From assembly GCA_000388065.2 (NCBI GenBank), contig KB932203.1: a DNA stretch of 20,210 nucleotides; one strand, written 5' to 3'. Position 1 is the stretch's first letter. Each line of letters starts with the position of its first letter. The DNA is from Fonticula alba ATCC 38817 (taxonomy: Eukaryota > Protista > Nucleariida). Shown here piece after piece: positions 18,705-20,210 of this stretch. A program made the position numbers and the translations under genes. Under the pieces are notes generated by a model that was not told the DNA's origin, did not search any database, and saw nothing but the letters and a program-made list of their open reading frames with translations.

Positions 18705-19592
18705 GCTCCACCTGTTGTCGCTTCCTTGGCTCTGGCCGGGGGAGCGCACGCGCGCGCGCTTCCCCTTCCTTCTTCGTTGCACATTGACACATCCCTCCTC
18801 GCTCTCGTCCTCGTCTCCTCTCTTCCTCCCCCTCGCTGACGCTGACGTACACCACCACCACCACCACCACCACCACCGCAGGCCGTCACTACCCACCGCA
18901 AGGGTGCTGCCAAGATCCGCTCTCTCGACTTCGCCGAGCGCAACGGTTACATTCGCGGTCTCGTCAAGGAGATCATCCACGACCCCGGCCGTGGTGCTCC
19001 CCTCGCTCGCGTTGCCTTCCGCAACCCCCTCGAGCACGGCCTGAAGGTCTCCACCTTCGTCGCCGCCGAGGGTATCCACACCGGTCAGTTCATCTACTGC
19101 GGTAAGAAGGCCCAGATGGCCGTCGGCAACGTCGTCCCCATCGGCAACCTCCCCGAGGGTTCCGTCGTCTGCAACATCGAGGAGAAGGTCGGCGACCGCG
19201 GTAGCCTCGCCCGTACCTCCGGTAACTACGCCACCATTCTGTCCCAGAACCCGGACACCAACCGCACCCGCATCCGCCTGCCCTCCGGCTCCAAGAAGCT
19301 CATCCCCTCCGACTGCCGCGCTACCATTGGTATCGTCGCCGGTGGTGGCCGCACTGACAAGCCCCTCCTGAAGGCCGGTCGTGCCTACCACAAGTTCCGC
19401 GTCAAGCGCAACTGCTGGCCTCATGTCCGTGGTATTGCCATGAACCCGGTTGATCACCCCCATGGTGGTGGTAACCACCAGCACGTCGGTAAGGCCACCA
19501 CCATCCGCCGTGACGCTCCCCCGGGTCGCAAGGTCGGTCTCATCGCCGCCCGCCGCACCGGTCGTGTCCGTGGTACCGCCCACAAGGACTAA
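18607..19592 (+). CDS. RPL8: 60S ribosomal protein L8 (uL2), 254 aa
   Basis: Exons 18607-18660 and 18882-19592 (GTGCGT..cgcAG, phase 0): [91 protein letters not shown]. Confidence 0.97.
18668..18701 (+). repeat. (CT)17 microsatellite in RPL8 coding-region intron
   Basis: Direct reading. Confidence 0.85.
18850..18876 (+). repeat. (CAC)9 repeat between branch point and 3' splice site of the RPL8 intron
   Basis: Follows gctgacgctgac and precedes cgcAG (18881). Confidence 0.85.
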
Positions 19593-20210
19593 GCGTCGTC
19601 GGTTGTTGTCGGCTGACGGGTGCGCCGCCGCTCCGGTGGCGGTGGCGGTGTTGGTGTTGGTGTTGGTGTGCCGGCCCGCGGCGTCGCCTGCCTTCTCCTC
19701 CTCTCCCCTTGCGCGCGTCCGCCTCCTGCTCCTCTCGGCGTGGTGGTCGTCCTCGACGGCCGCGTGCTCCCGCATGCCACCACTATGGTGTGCGGGTGCC
19801 GCGTCCGCGGCGGGCGTCCGCTGTCGCTGATGGGGGTGCCATGTTGGCGGCGGCGTCGCGCGCATGGGGCCGGGGGCGATCGTTTCCAGGTGTCCGGCCC
19901 GGTGCATGGCCCTCTCCCCAGTCGTCGTCGTCACTGCTGTGGCGGCTCGCGCTCTCGTCGGTCGCGAGTGTGTGTGTGTCCCCGCTTCCTTCCTTGTTGC
20001 TGGGGGGCCGCGCGCCCCGCATATTACTACCGTGTCATTGTCAAATGGATGTGTTATTTCACTTCAAAAGAGAGGGGCGCGGAGTGCGCGTGTGTTCTCT
20101 GCTGTGTGTGTGTGTGTGTGTGCGGGGGGGGTTGGGCTGGGCCCCGGGCGACCCTGTGTGTGCGTGTGTGTGTGTGTTTAGCGCTGTTGCTGGGTGTGTG
20201 TGTGTGTGTG

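Noticed and set aside
18607-19044. 145-aa ORF with poly-SL and poly-His
   Set aside because: Read-through of the RPL8 intron microsatellites into the wrong frame.
1-20210. CRISPR array, transposon or prophage-like system
   Set aside because: No repeat-spacer array, transposase or RT motifs, terminal repeats or operon structure. All long exact duplications trace to assembly artefacts or microsatellites.

Overview
Eukaryotic, GC-rich, intron-rich draft genomic DNA. The splice signals, composition and unfused S30 fit an opisthokont protist such as Fonticula (inference, not verified). Reading splice sites by hand gives five protein genes: (1) a 5'-partial Rap1GAP-type GTPase-activating protein (+, 7 visible exons); (2) an apparently intronless BCS1-like AAA ATPase (+) with a 1-nt frameshift just before Walker A and a signal-peptide-like N-terminus; (3) 40S ribosomal protein S30/eS30 (+, 3 exons, the first only ATG); (4) an 11-exon MAP kinase (-) that looks Hog1/p38-like but has a TEY motif in a very long activation loop; (5) 60S ribosomal protein L8/uL2 (+). 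The assembly has clear artefacts: an embedded Illumina adapter remnant joining a false 187-bp duplication, and duplicated contig ends around three N gaps. Most long ORFs in the supplied track are shadow or intron read-through ORFs. I found no rRNA, tRNA, CRISPR array or mobile element, and no clearly new multi-gene system. The best leads are the possibly non-mitochondrial BCS1-type protein, the atypical MAPK, the +4C splice-donor bias, and matching 720-nt first introns with a shared stem in both ribosomal protein genes.
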